Below are positions 34,398-49,863 of a stretch of 64,000 nt of DNA, piece after piece. The first letter of the stretch is position 1. Every line of letters starts with the position of its first letter. Under the pieces are notes generated by a model, which saw only the letters and a program-made list of their open reading frames with translations, had not been told where the DNA came from and ran no database searches. A program made the translations under genes and the position numbers. Source of the stretch: Tubulanus polymorphus (lineage: Eukaryota > Animalia > Nemertea); NCBI RefSeq assembly GCF_964204645.1, contig NC_134027.1:6418485-6482484 (forward strand), read 5' to 3'.

Positions 34398-37300
34398 TAT
34401 CGTCTGTTAAATAATGATAATAATCACAATGTGCTCTTAGAGGTTATAAATGAATGATGAAGAGTTATGTAAACTCTTTAAACTTTCTTATGATTTTCCA
34501 ATCATCTCTGGTGTAACTCAATTTTGTACTAGTCTTAAGTTCAGGCATTGTTCTATCATATTTCTAGAAAAAACTGTTGTTGATTTTAAATTCTTGAGCA
34601 GCTACCAGCATATTTCATTGTGCTTGCCAAAACAGGTACCGGTATATTCAGTAGCTACCAGTATATTTCATTTTGCACTAAGGAAAATACTTATGAATTG
34701 GAAAAAATTTGTCATGTTGTAAGATGAGCATTTTGTAGTATACTTTAAGGATGTACTTTCTTTAGTCATTGAATGATGTATATGTACTTTATTCTGAAAT
34801 TAGGCTCTACAATCTGGTGTTACTATACCAGCTATTGAAATGTTGGATATCTGGTCCTATCGAAATGTTATTAATATATCTGTTGGTCACATTGACCTAA
34901 TTAAATGTAAATTATTATTATTATGAAAATAAATGATATAATATATCTGTATATTACAAACCTTATCGAGTTCTGTGGACTTAAGATATGCTCCTTTCAC
35001 TAAGTACACAGATCGCTGAAACATGGGCCCTCAAGGAACTGAGTGGACACCTGCCACATCCACCTAGCACTTTTGCCTTCTATACTGATATGAAGTGATT
35101 TTGATTATTTGATACACAACCTTATCTACTAGGTGTTACACGCGGTCTCTGAAAATTTGCTTGACATCAACCAAAATGAGGGTTTTTGGAGGTTCAAGCC
35201 CTACAAAGATATATTTGATATTAATGATGGATAGTCTAGCACCAGTTGCTCTTCTACGCGCCTCAATCGCACTATCTTCACTTGATCAATTAGATTTCCT
35301 GCAATTTTCCTATGTGATTGATATCAAAGGCTGAGGAACAAAAATAAAGGAAGAACATGGATGATTCATGTTTTATATCATTTATTCAAAGCGATTTTTA
35401 GAAACAGACAAATGTACTTACAATACATTACAGTAACCCAGTATTAAAACTTCATCATCTATCCATTACAAAATAAATACAGATCATAAATCGGTAAATG
35501 GTATTACTATTAGACATTAACACATCTTACTAACACAACACTCGATAATACTGAATTTATTTCCTCATCAATAAAAGTTGAGGATTGGACGTTCAAAACA
35601 TCATCAGTGTAAAGATTCTTTTAAATCGTTTTGATGCTAATAGTTCAAAACATGTAGTAATGTTATCTCCAGAGAGGCTACTTTAATGTAGTACCAGTAC
35701 ATTTTGTTGCAATAATCACTACAATAATTCATTTCAATTCAGAATTTTACTGGCATTCATATTTACATTAACTTGTACATAAAACAGCACATGAAAGTTC
35801 ATTTAAGTTCTGTCTATAATCGCAGAATGAAAACCACCTCTTACAATCCAGCTAAAACGAGTTGTGTGGTCAGATTAACCTAAATTAATCTGTGCTAAAC
35901 GGGTTGGGTCCTGATATGGGCCCATTTTGGGTGTAGCTTTCACATAGCACCACTAGTTTTGCAAGCGCAACACATCTGGGACTCAAAATCCCAAGTGGGC
36001 TAAAAATCAATCCGGACCAATGTCTGACTGCTCCATATATCATTCCATTCTCAAATGGACTTCACCAATTAAATTCATGTGAATGCAGACAATAATCAAG
36101 GGTTCTTTTAATCAAACCAAGGCATAAGGCCTAGAATATTTAGCAAAATCACTTGTGTGTCCGTCAATATTTCTGAATAGAAGTTTTTTTGTCACACACA
36201 TTAACCACATCACAAGTAAATGATGGAAAACAGGGGCATAGGTTTTCTCTCGTAAAATATCATGGAACAGACATTCCTGCAAACCCCCTTGGTTATGCCC
36301 CTTGAAAAATGGAATCAACAACAGGAAGATATTTAGTGAGATGAGGCATGGTTTTTGGAAGCTCGGATTAAACACTGTGGTAATGCACATTAGGGGGCTG
36401 GTGAAATCAAAAATACAGCAGAAATTATTTGAAATGAAATATACAGCAGTTCTTTTACAAATGGTTTAAGCATAAACATTAGTGTGCTTACGGGTATGCT
36501 TATTATTGCCATTTGTAATATCGGTAGATTTTTTTTCAAACTCAAAACTGAAAATATGATATGATAGTGCATGTTCTCCTCTGGTGAGCAGGGATTGATT
36601 AAGCTGGGTTGATAATATCAATTTTTATAATGAAACCTCATGTATACACGGTGAGGAAACAAAAATATTGGGAAAATGGAATGAGCGGCCGGTGAATAAA
36701 TATTTAATAAAAATATATGATTCAAAGAATTTATGATACATACACAATGTTTTGCTATTGTTCTCATAAAAAATGTCTACTGTTCATTTGCTGATCACAT
36801 CAAAAATGTACAAAAAAGAAAGACTATTGTGCAAACGCAAACATGTCAAATTCAAGATAAAAAATGCATTTCTGATAAAATCTTATGATCATTTTGATAT
36901 ATTTTTAGCTTATACTAATTTATTGTATCCTGCCATACATACAGGGATTCTATGTTGATTGATATGGCAGGGTTTCCTCACATTGCCATCAGGTTTGAGT
37001 CCAAGCAAGGCAGGATGATTTTTTGTTCAAGATCGTTGTTTGATTTACCATACTCACAGAAATTTGATTTAAAAAACTAGCTACAAACAGTCACTAAACG
37101 TGGTACAAATTATCCAATAAATTCAATTGTGCATATAAAAATTTCATAATATAAATTGTCATGAACGTTATTAAGCGACACACAACAAATAGTTTTTAAG
37201 CCTCATGAAACAGTTCACATATTCATACCCAGCCTCAATATGTTAATCTGAATGGCTGATCTTAATGACGATTTGTACATACCGGTAAATAAATACATAC

Positions 37301-37650
37301 ATAAATTCTTTACAGCACAAAAATATATTATTACAATTAACTATCATTTGCTGATTTCTACAGTAAATGATGTACTGGCGCTTACATTCCATGGTTTACA
37401 AAATTCCAGCCCATTCTTCAACAGGTTTAGTGCGACTGCAGCTCGAGACCAGTACAGTTTCTCTGATAAAGCTAATTAATCTCAACATGCATAAACTCTA
37501 AAATATCTACTTTTGAACGTGAAAATAAACTACATTCTAATACACAGTACTATATTACTCAGTTATTGAAGAGAGCATAGCTTACAATAAATCAGTCATA
37601 CGTATCAAAAATCGATTAAGCAATATATTTTCCTTTTGTATCATAAACTA

Positions 37651-40600
37651 TCATAACGTGCTCTCCCGTTTGAAACTGTCTAATGTTATATTTGATAGGT
37701 CGATATCACCAAATGTATTTACGTCTAAGTCTTCGTGACAATAGAATTCGCCCCACACGGGACAATGATCGCTGACCACTCCGCCCCACGACCAGTTATC
37801 CGGAATACACGGATGGAACAATCCTTGACGTACTACACCATACTTCCCTAAAATAACAATAAACATAAGTGCAAGTCAACTGCCAAGCGTAAGTAGATTG
37901 GATTCAGTCAGCTTCTTCATAAGATCATCACTGCCTGTACTCAAGAGGCGTTGATCTAGAAACAACTAAAAATGTCTCCGCAATTGATCAATAAGTAAAA
38001 AGTGAAAAGGAAAAGGTTTGACTAGATATAAGACACTAACCTGTAAACACTTTTTCTGTTTGTTTGTTAATCCATATATTATCGTAAGTGCGATTGCCTT
38101 TCTTATTCTTTTTGCTGATATTCGTATAGAATCCGTCGGGTACGAGGTTTATATAATCGTGTCGCCTGAATATGTCGAAATCTGTCGTGTCGGGATTCAA
38201 GTTGAAGTCGCCGAGGATCAACACATCTTCTTCACCTACAGAAAATAAAGGTACACGTGAATACAAGCAAAAGAAAAATACTTCACCTGACTTTCCTTTC
38301 ACAAACTAACAAACATCATTACGGTAATAATAAAAAGCATTTCAACAGCGCAAAAATCATTTTAAAAACAGCTCTTACACGCTCCACAGGGCAGATTGTC
38401 ATTGATAATGCGCCTGGAACAATTGACTTTTTAAGTGTCTTTTGATCTACGGTGAATCTAAAGATTATATTCCATTAGATTAGATATATTCTATAGTCTT
38501 TGAGGTGAAAAACTGAAAAAGCCGAAGGTATCCAAGACATAGGCCGGTTCATTTAGACTAGACTAGAAGATCGCAGATAACGAGAGAAAACTCACACGAA
38601 ACTGACTACGTATCCCAGGCAGATTTATTTTTTCTCGAATCTGATGAAAGTAAAACTGGCAGACTACATTATGATAGATTTTCATCGGTTAATATATCTC
38701 ATTCTTGACTATAAATTGAATTTCCTGATCTCTTAGGTTTCAGTTCTCATAGAAACGGATTTTCGACTAATGGTTATATCGAGTTCCCATAGATTTGCTT
38801 CCTGAGTGAATATTGAAATTCTCAATCATTGATGAGATACATTAATGCTCACCAGGGCAGGATAATTTAATAGCTTCAACAAGCGCCGGCATTCGTAAAA
38901 TCTCTTCTTCGAGTTCATCTAAATCTTCATTACCCAGGCCTGTCGCTTTCAGATGTACGCTCACCAGTACAAAGTCGAGTTTATCAACCTTCAAAAATAG
39001 AAATTTGTACATACATGCTGATTTTGATATCAAATAATCTTGTGTCTGACTTAAAAGAATCCCGGGATCATAAGTTCGGCATGTAGGAATATAAAGCCCA
39101 GGCTATATGTTAATCACACCTTGGACTTATATCTAGTTAATGTTCATGGTCAGACGGAAAGAAAACTCCCAGCAGCCTTCAGTAATACGAGCATAAAAAA
39201 AGGAGGAAACCTGGAACTTTAAAAAGCTTTAACCTTTCCCAGGAGCTAGAAAAGTAGAAGTCAAATCACCCTAGATTAGACACATACTTGAATCATCAAT
39301 ACAAGTGTTAGGTAAATCAATTCAGGTTTGCTAGCTTAACGTGATAAGATAGAAGGGGTAAATACCAGTCTTCAGATGACATACACATAACAGAAACTAA
39401 AAACAAGCAATATATATATGAATTTCAAAAATACATTTGTAGGCAAATCATGTCCCTTTCTATACTATTTGCAAATAACACTGGATCCTCCTGCGTACTG
39501 TGATCTGAGGCCGGAAGAATGTTTAAGAGGTTTTCTATTACTCACCTGGAAGAAGCCTATGAATGGACGTCTCGTAAAAGCGCGGTCTTTCTTCTCACTG
39601 GCCATCTGAAGCAGGTTGGCACCTTTAAACGATACATTTCGATTGACATCATAAATAAACCCATTGTATTCATTTCCCTGCAACAAAAAGTCCTCAACAA
39701 TTACAAAGGCCTTCATGCATCCTGTATATTATAAGTATACAGTTAGAAAAAAATGCAAAAGGTGTATCGTTTTGCCAAAAAAAAAAAACAAAGATAAATT
39801 GAACCAATTATGCTAGGTAATCAAGACACCTGTAAGGTTATTTGGGTAAAAATACAAGTAACGGTAATGCTTATCTAGACGAATAGGTTCAGACACAGGT
39901 TAAATAAGAATTATCTGCAAGATAAATAGTTCTCCGGTGTTCTAAACGAAACGAGGTTTCTTCATAGTCCTGGCAAAAAATAAATCTGTTTACTAAGAAA
40001 ACAAAAATGTTTTCAGACTGTGCAGCAGATATCAGCACTGAAATCACGATACAATACATAGGCGTAAGACTGAACATATCAACAAGTTACTTTCTATACA
40101 TGTACTTCAACATTTTGCGGTGAATGCCCACCTACGTCATTTCATACAGATTTCATATTTCAAAACTGGATTTAATGAATGGATAAGCGCTGTGTAATAT
40201 CTGGTTGTTAGATAACTATTGGGTGCAACGCATTATTACCTGAAACATACGACCAGTGGCTTCCGAAACACAGCACTTCCATAGACCGCGATCGCCTTTC
40301 CACTTTTTGACACTCGGCAAAGTGGGCTGATTTAACTCTGCACAAAACTGCCAAAAAACAAAAGTATGGTTGAAATTAAACCCGGTACTGAACCTGATGT
40401 GGGATTCACTTATCAATTGTCATTCTCTATTGATAAAAGAAGGTGATTCAAATTTCCATCTGTGATGGCAGCATAATTTCGCAGGTTATATTGTAGACTT
40501 TTTTAATTGACTCTGTAGTGACACAGTTCTGTCTAGTACACATGTACGAAAGAACTGCGCATAAACAATATTTATGTGTGTCTATGGATTTATTACAAAA

Positions 40601-43600
40601 ATACATATTAAATATGTCAGCACAAAGGGTTACTAAAACGTAGAAAAAAATCTAACAGCTACGGGAAAAAATACCTAGAAGGCATAGTTTCGAATAGGGA
40701 CTACTCAATAATAAACGACCACAATTTGTTCAAAATCATATTTGTTTGTGAAAAAAATTCAGTGGTTATGAAAGAGACGGATAAATTCTCTGTCTGAGTA
40801 ATGTATGGATTATCTTAGAAGTTATGTAAACTAAAAACAGAAATTTCATATGGATAACGCAAACAAGCAAGCTTTCTGTATTCATCCTTAAAAATAAAGG
40901 CTGGCTTTTGCTCAAAGCTGATCAGACAACTTAAGATTCAACCGGCAAAATGAAGCTGTTTATAAAACAGTTTGGGAAAATAGTCTACCAATTTATTGGG
41001 TATCAATATATCGCTGAGTGACCAAGGACATTGAAAATCTGAAATAAAGTAGATGTCTTTGCTGTGCAGATTACATTCTTTGTCTGATCTATGAGACACT
41101 TTAAGGGGAACTCGAAATTGATAGATTTCAAAGCAAATACTGTTCAAACGAAAGGTCAAGGTTTAGATTATAAATGACCGCTGACTGATCGTACCATAAA
41201 TATGGCCTGATTAATGAACAGTTGTAACCTTCAAAGTATTTCGGACGATATATTTGTCCATATTTTACAAGTTCTTACCTTTTGTAAACATTCTTTATCA
41301 GCTAATTCTTGAAATGCAATTATACTGAATCTGAAAGTAATAGATTGTACATTAGTGACTATTTTTGGAACTTTCCTCTTAGAATACCATAATAATGGGT
41401 TTTTAATGGACTGTTGTGAGCGGATTTCAGCATTTCTGCAGCGTGCTGAAAACCTCTGTCACAAGAGCTCTCGACCAGAGAGCTATTTTACAAGCTCTCT
41501 CGAAAATGTAAACTGCGCTAAAGCTTTTTGTTCCGATAGAAATCAAAACAATATTTACTTAAAACCAGACTCTACGTAACAGTAGTCATGATTGATCATA
41601 ATTTTATGCCGATTAAAATTTGCCACATCTGCCACAACAGACCCTGTGCATAGCAGGTTTTTGGTTCGTTTAGGTTGTTTACCCAAACTACATTACTTCA
41701 TATAGTTCAGTATCTATTTATATAGGCCTATTTAAAACCAAACTAGTTTGATCATTGACTAAGTGTCTATTGTCTTGGTTGGGAGTCTCGATTATAACTA
41801 TTTTGATATCTATGTTTTTGGGTAAAAAAAATCTGTTCGCCATATCATACCTCAATAGTATTTCTTATGAAATTGATCAAACTTTCAAGATTCCAGTTTC
41901 GAGGGCTATCTACTACACATATGTAATTCATTATTCAGTGAAGTATAAGAAACAAACACTAACGTCCGTCCGATGAAGTTTGAATTTGAAATTTATAAAT
42001 GCTATTAAGCTTTACGTTTACACAACCATCGATCAACAGTAAATTGAATCGATTTCCGATAATCTGAGTCCGAATGAATTTCCTACATTCGATTCACATT
42101 TACTTCGGTACCAGTTCATTCAACAAACCGGTAAATAGGTCCAGTGAGCAATGAACTCTGCTAGGAGTTGGTTTGATCGTGAATATTTCAAGGAGCTCAC
42201 TGGATCATCTAGGTCCAGACTTAAAATTCTAGGCTTCATCTTTCATGAAAGGCAACAATAGAATGAGCATGCTTTTATGTTCACAACACACTATCGAATA
42301 AAAATAGCTCTATAAATAATGGATCGGCCAAGTTCTAACTAACTGGAGAAGGTGCTTGCGTAATATTATAAATCTATTTCAACCGTGCAAGTCTATTTTC
42401 GACCTGTGTTTACATATTTATATCAACTTGTACATTGCATCTTTGCGAGTATTGCCAGTATTTCAGTACTCCTCTATCTGAGACTTCCTGATGAGAAATT
42501 GCAATATATCACCAGGCCCTAAACTATATCCTACTGATTGATTTAATTGTAGCAATGATACAGTACAGACGACTCAATTTCAATAACGTCTTCAAAGCTT
42601 TCAATTTTTCAAATCAAATTTCAAGCAAACAGGGCGAGGGTGGCCACTTTCGGCCACTTCACAAATCCTCAGAGTTTTACATGATTTTTTCACGTGATGA
42701 CACAAAATTCCCTGGGTGAATCAGAGAAATCTCTCGGGTTTAAAATGTTACAATTTAATCATTTCTCATCGTATCATGTATTGAAAAAGAAACTCATGGT
42801 CAATAAACAGGATTACCCAAATTCTCCCTGATTTTTTCTAGATTTTCCTGGTCAGTAACCACCCTGGCCAACTCGCAAAATATGATGTTGCATCATTTTT
42901 CACAATTTTGCACAAGTCGATGAAATGCGTAGAAACTGAATAAATCTTACCCATTCTCAAGTATCGTCCGGCAAACCACCTCGAGAACTCCGGGATTATC
43001 AGCTTTCTCGCAGCCGCAACGTTTCAGGTTCCAGCTCGCGACGCGGAACGCCGGGTGGTTCTTGCGTTTGAAATCGAACGGCGTCACGTCCGGGCGTTCA
43101 TGTTTTTCGAACAACGGTCGAAAGTGCGCGAGTATGTCCAACTGAGAATCGGTGAGTTGTTTTCGTATCAATTCCGCGCCCGTCGAAACCGAACTGTAAC
43201 GGTTATTATTGTTGCCGTTGCAATCGCTGAGTCGTTTCACCGAGTCAGTTTGCGGTAAGAAGCCATTCGTGTTATTGTTCGACGCTGAACTCGGTTCCGC
43301 GTTTAAAGTCACTTGGTGTCGAATTGCACTTAAAATCGAAGGATTGAATCCCTTCACTTTGACTAGATCATCGATGTTCTTAAAGTTGCCTTTTTTGTCT
43401 CTGTACGCGGTGATATTTTCGGCGAGTTGCTGATTGATACCTTTGATTTTCATCAACTGAAAAACATTCGAGCCATTAATCGCTATTTTACGCTTTATGC
43501 CATTTCGCATACCGACCAGGTCCGTATTGCTATTGTTAGGCGTAACGCGTTGCGAATTCGGCCGTCGATTTACGCAAATTTCCGAACTGATCAACGTCAT

Positions 43601-43918
43601 TTTGGCGGCACCGATGCCCGACACGAGCGCGATGTCTTCGATTTTTTTGAAGCCGTCTATTTGGCGACGGTACGCGACGATAGCCTGCGCGATCGCGCGA
43701 TTCACTCCGGGTAGAGTCATCAGTTCTTCCTCGGACGCCGTATTGATGTTCAACTGTTCGGGAATCGAGACTGAATCGCTGTTTGGTACCTCGACGAGAT
43801 TCCATGTCGCACTCGGATTGCGTCTGTGCTTCGTCAGTCGTTTCGGCGTCGCATGGTTTTCCTTAAAACACGGGTCCGGACCGTTTTTCGGTATGCAGCA
43901 GCTGTTTACGGCACCCAT
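37651..43918 (-). CDS. EEPD1: Endonuclease/exonuclease/phosphatase domain-containing protein 1 (two HhH domains plus EEP), 7 exons
   Basis: MGAVNSCCIP N-terminus, LNINTASEEELMTLPGV HhH, RVASWNL..KADNPGVLEVVCRTILENG, LVSVHLKA, VLILGDFNL, TYDNIW, GLFHPCIPDNWSWGGVVSDHCPVWGEFY. Confidence 0.95.
42630..42866. mobile_element. Degenerate MITE in an EEPD1 intron
   Basis: AGGGTGGCCACT ... AGTAACCACCCTG imperfect TIRs with internal AATTC(T)CCCTG motifs. Confidence 0.45.
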
Positions 43919-46696
43919 TTCTATATCTGTCAGGACGATCGGTGGAACGCTTCGAAATTATTCTTCATTTCGTCTCGTCGTCTGCAAGCGTTTGAAGAAT
44001 TTCAAGTTGAAAGTCGAATATCTTCTGCAAATATAACACGAAAACAGGATGATCATCAATCTTTTATATTATTGCAAAGTCGTCATGGTTACCATCAACA
44101 GGTATCGCCATAAACTAATTTTTTAAATCACGGAGAAGATGGTTCTCGACTACGATCTCTTAACAACCCTCACTAACAGACGAACGAACGGATAAAAACT
44201 CATCTCAGTCTCGGCCGAGTTCGACATTTAACGAAGTTCCTCGAATTATCGAACCTATCAAACAGGGATAGAATGTGAAACGCGAGCAACCAATTAGTAA
44301 ATCAGTGTCCCTGGAGCAAATGTACCGCCAGACTTAGCAATGAATATAACGAGTGTCTAAACAGAGCAAACAGCGTTTCATATCTCATTTAGCGTTAGGA
44401 AAAAAGTGCCGAAACCTGATAGAAAAAGGTACCTTCCCTGTTCATTGACCTCCTGTCTGTAGTGAACAAGTCCTGAATAATAAGGTATTTCTTCTAGATA
44501 GGCAGTAGGCCTGCTGAAATACTACATTGGTCTGTACACAATTGTCACCGTCATACTAAATATCAATCACAATTGATTATGAAAGGAAAACTCGAATCTT
44601 GCTCAATATCAAACTTTGCACTCATGTTTCCAATACCTTATAATACTTTAGTGTCATTTGTGAAATCTCAGTTACACAATTCGGGAAATCATTTTATTAT
44701 ACGCTTTCATTTTTCCGTCATATCGAAATAACCAGTGAAAAGGATTGTTATTAGAAAAGGGTTTTCGGTAAATGAAATACCGTAGACACATGATTACCGC
44801 TGTAAAAGTACTAATATTAGTATCAAAGGTTGTGATTTCTAAGTAAAAGTATAGCGAAAAAGCAAGAGTACATAGAGGTACAAAGCCAGTAGTGTTCATT
44901 GTTCCGGATGCTATCTATTAAAATCGTAAAACAAACGAAACATGCCCTGAAAGTATCTTCATGTTTGTTGGGTTCTCATCATTTTTTAAAATTTGGTTTG
45001 AAATAGTTTCAAGATTTGTTGAATGGTGATATAGACCCACTACATTCAATCCTTCTAGCTGACCTTTAGGCCTTAACAGCAGGTGCAACGATTTATCCAA
45101 ATATTTTGAAAAATACGGATTAAAATGGATTGTGAGCTTTGAGTATTAACACTCCCTAAAACATTTTTTATTAGGGACCTATAGTAATAAGTAGAAAAGC
45201 CATACTGTAATTCATGCAATGTTGGTCACAAAATATCTGATTCATTGTAGCGTAGGCCGCATACCGTAGCTCCTATTTCATTCAGAATTTTGAAGTTTGT
45301 TTTTAAGATTGGAAACCTTGAGACTAACGAGTGGAATGTTATTGCCTGAAAATACTCTTGAAAATAAAAGTAGACCCTATGTGAACTGGATCAAAGACAA
45401 ATTCTATCTGGGGATATTATTTTTTTAGATGTAGGGCTTTTTGAAAATCACTTCAATGAAGAAATCATAAAAGGTTCATAGGGTAGGCCTTATTCATAAG
45501 ATAGGCCTTAGAAAGCAGGCAATCAAATATGAAAGGATACAAGCTCATTACTAGGCCTAACTATAACTAATATAGGCTGTAGGCTAGTCTTAGATGAATA
45601 AGGTACCGTATATCAGTAGGCCTAAGGCCATAGGCCCAGCCTTAAAGAGTTGGATATTATCTAGTTTCCAGTTAGATATCTTTCCTCTAATAAAGGTTTC
45701 AAGACCTATCTGTAATAACTAATGCATTGAATAGTTCATTATAGCCGATTGATGATAGCCTACAATTGGACCTACCCAAAGATTATTGTATCCTACACAA
45801 TATAACAGATAGCCAAAAATTGACAAATACCGAGATGATGATTTATCCATTCAGCTCTACATAAGGCTCTATGAATCAGCTCTATAGGCTCTATGAGTGC
45901 TTGCTTCTATATCTGATAGAGAAAAGGATATAGAGATCTGCCGGATGAACGAGTACAACTGTACTGAAATGTCATATGACAGCCGGCCCCTGCGGTCCTG
46001 CTGGTGCTGTGTGTAATATCTATTTAGGCCTACTCTGCACTACAACAATAATTAATGAATACCACGCATCAGCCTCCATGGAGATCAGCATCAATTACAT
46101 CGAATCACCAACCAATTTTCACAAAAATCAAGGATCATTTCCTACCATAATGAGACAAAGCAGAGAAGCGACCCAAAGAAATCATAAATTCTACAGCGCT
46201 AAACAGTAGTAAACACTCAAATCAAGACCATATTAGAGTATATTCATATGAATATAGATTAAGAGCATGTCTTTAATCCTCTATTTCCACTTGTTCCCCT
46301 AGCCGTTCTTTAAGTCAAAACAATACATACTAAAGCATAAGCCAACAGTTAACGTCCGGGTAAATGTCAGACTTAAGAGAGAAGACGAGGAAAATTGAGT
46401 AGGAAGTCAAGAACCGGCAACGCCAACTGACCTGGTTGGTAGCTGTAGAGACAACGAAAGTGTCCCGTTAATATAACTTTCACTGATTCCAATTAAAATA
46501 AGAATTGGTGGCTATTATTCAGAATAGGTATATCAACGTATATTACTTTATATAAACCTCAAACTTACGTAAATTCGACGTAAAACCACGAAAGATCAGG
46601 ATAAAATTCCGAAATACGCTATATCCTCTAGAAACACAATCGTGATTAACCGACTACCCGTCTGATGGCGCCACCTCCTGGATCAAATTACAAGTT

Positions 46697-47570
46697 TTAT
46701 CAGAGCTAGGACGTTACCCTTTGAATATAGATGTTAGACGCAGGATGATTAACTTTTGGGTGAAAACAGTATCTGGAAAGCAAACCAAACTTAATTCAAT
46801 ACTCTATAAAATATCTTTCAATTTATTTTTAAGGGATAAATTTAAGAGCCCTTGGTTACCATATATAAAGAAAACGTTTGATGACTGTGGTTTGTCCTGC
46901 ATTTGGACGCAGCAATTCATGACTAACACAGTAAATCTTTTTCAAAACGAATAAAACAGATACTCCGTGACCAGCACCTTCAAGAAACTGTATCTGCCAT
47001 AAATACTAATCCGATATACACTAACTTTAGGCAATATAAAAATGATATTAGGTTAGAGAAGTATATAATAGAACTTGGTGATGACTTAGGAACTAGTTTA
47101 TTTGAATTTAGGGTCGGGTCCTATATTTTACCTGTGAACAAATTTTCAAACCTTCATTTAGACACAGCCGATAGAATATGCCCCACTTGTAATACTTTAG
47201 GTGACGAATCCCATTTTCTGTTTGACTGTACCTTACTTAACGAACAACGCAAAAACTTTTTGAATTTGAATACCTTTAATACCCTTGATATTCTGAAAAA
47301 CCCAACGGTCACCTTAGCTAAATTCATTAAGACCGGCTTAGATGTATATAGATCCCTCCAATAGTATATATAGTATTGTAAATAGTTGATGTATATAATA
47401 GTATATATAGTATTGTAAATAGTTGATGTATATATATATTTCGTTACGTTTTCATTCTCTAAATTTTAATCACTTTAGTGTTGTTTTGTAAATATTTGTA
47501 TATACATGTGTAATAGTTTTCCTCCATATACCATGGAAATGGTTGGAGTGTAAATAAATCGTAATCGTAA
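46697..47570 (+). mobile_element. 5'-truncated non-LTR retrotransposon (LINE) 3' end with a frameshift
   Basis: LSELGRYPLNIDVRRRMINFW and the RICPTCNTLGDESHFLFDC zinc knuckle are typical of a LINE ORF2 C-terminus. One frameshift near 46940; AT-rich 3' UTR ending AATAAA followed by TCGTAA twice. Confidence 0.85.
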
Positions 47571-47893
47571 ACTCTATCATGTACGTAGGTTTAGGTTCGA
47601 ATCCGCGAAGTCCCAATTACTTTTTACCAATAAAAATTGAATGGAACACGACAAAAGATATCAAAACTAAAGTGATTGTTATTAAAAATTTTGATTTATT
47701 AATAACATTATATTAAGCTACTTTTTTACAAATGAGTACAATATTTTACAGAAATGTACAACAACATATCATTATTATCAACTAAATGTTTACATTCACA
47801 AATAATCTTTAATCACAGTCGAAAAATACAAGCAGCTTCAAATCAACATTCCCAATATCAGAACATGTCTCATGCGAATCTGTATTTCCAGCA

Positions 47894-49863
47894 TCAGATT
47901 GGAAGCCACTGTTGAACAGGAATGTCTAAAACTATGTCCATATCTGGTGTGCACCTATAAAATGCAGAATAATCATTTCACTCAAAAGCAGCAGAATTAT
48001 ATTTTTTGATGAACCGTGGATATCAGGACTGGGGCTTATGAAGGCTGGCAAGCACTTGCATTTAGGGTACTTTCCTACAATAATAGCTCATAATGCAAAA
48101 TATTCAGATTTGGAATTTTTTCAATAACTTACTTTGGTCTATTGGGAAATAGTTCAGGAAATATCTCTTCACGCGTACTAGATTTCTGACTCCTCAGATT
48201 ATTCAGTTTCTCTTCTAAACACGCAATCTCATCAGTGAGATCTTTAATCTCGGAATTATGAAATTCTTTCTCCTAGAGAAAAAAACAGATCCATGGAACA
48301 ATCCAATGCCTTGAAACCAATAAATATCAAGTTTGATCAACCTTAAGACATCAATTTCCTAAGGAAAAATATCTTTCGATACAAACCTTGATCATGACCA
48401 GATTTTGTAGAGCCATGTCTTTCAAAGTCGGATGCATACGCTCTATAGATTCCTCAGTAAGTTGTGCAGTAAAATCATTCTCCACTTTAAATTGCTCTTT
48501 CTTGATTTTTGTGATCATTGTACTCGTCAGATGTTCCAATTCATCCAGCTCATCCTCATTTGCTATTTTCAAATGTTGGATTTGCTTCTGTAGATCGTTT
48601 ATCTGTAAAGCTTTCACCGGGTACTCTTTATCCTGTAGCAAAATAACTGCACTATTTACGAAATATTGTTTCAAGAAAAAGGTGATGTTTCAAACCTGAA
48701 GACTCTACCTTATAGTTGTGTAGAGTATAAAGTTCTTTCTGTGTCATCCTCAGCTTCTTGTTAATCTTTGACTGTTGATTCTGAATCACTAAACAATAAA
48801 CTCATTGCTATTTATATAATTTAATCACTGGGGCTTTAGATCCTTAAATACTTTTGCTTGATGTCCCAAGACCACCAATTACACAAAAGCTTTTCAATAG
48901 CAAGACTGTTTATTTTGCATCCTTTCTTACCATCGAGTTCTGTAGATATCTTTTCCCTAGTCTGCTCAAAATCATTCATAGTTGATAAAAGACTGTCGTG
49001 GAATTTTTGATTTAACGTCACTATTCCACCCTGAAACAAGTAGCAAAAATTATCGTGAATATACAATTATCATCTTTAAGATAATTCACCCATTAGGGCT
49101 TTTTGGATTCTTCTTACTCGAAAACGCTCGTATTTTCGAAGAAATGCTTTCACATTTTCATGAGCAGATCCCTCTTCGTTTTCAATATCTTCCTTTAACT
49201 GATCATTAGAAGTCGATCTTCAAGATCAATATGTCAAGGATGATTAACATTTCATTATTTGCAAAATCATTACTTATGAGAATAAAGGATACAGTTCTTC
49301 AAGTCGTTTCTTATAGTCATTTAGTGTTTGCCGGCGTGCTTTAATCCGTAACTAGAAAAAAGATTCAATTCAATGATTTGTTACCCTTGGAATATTAGAA
49401 CGCTTATGCATCTGAAGTTCTAATTCCTGAGATAATGTCTCTTCACCTGCAATATCTTGATGCGTTCAGCTTTGGCTGGATCAACTTTCTTTTCTTCTTT
49501 TGAATCAGCAGTAATTTTCGCATGGCAAGATGATGATTTGCGACCTTTCTGCCCAGCAACCAGACCAGTTGAACTAGTCACCTCTGAAACAGACCCAAGA
49601 CTAAGGAAACACCAAATCATCAAAAAGTGATCTCACTCAATTTTTCAAGACAATGACTCACCAGATTTTGGCCTTTCTTTCGGTCGTTTACCAATTGTTG
49701 CCGTAGTTTGTAGATTACTAGGGGTGGTTCGTTCCCATTGAGCATAGTCTTTAAACTCGACATCGATTTGTTCACCGAGTGATTTCAAGAGTTCATCGTC
49801 TGCTGTCTGATCACGCTCTATTCGACCAGCCGCCCGTCGCCCCCACCCCCCGGGACGAGGCAT
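47894..49863 (-). CDS. C20orf96: C20orf96 / DUF4618-like coiled-coil protein, multi-exon
   Basis: DKEYPVKALQINDLQKQIQHLKIANEDELDEL and C-terminal CTPDMDIVLDIPVQQWLPI* resemble recalled human C20orf96 (DHEYSIKSVQI..QQDELDDL, CTPDMDVILNIPVEEPLPF). Confidence 0.8.

Noticed and set aside
43055-44113. Several plus-strand ORFs opposite the first coding exon of EEPD1
   Set aside because: Antisense shadows of a GC-richer coding exon.
47588-47625. GGTTCGAATCC B-box followed by a T-run
   Set aside because: No A box or cloverleaf can be built, so it is at most a fragment. The same applies to the minus-strand B-box near 57737.
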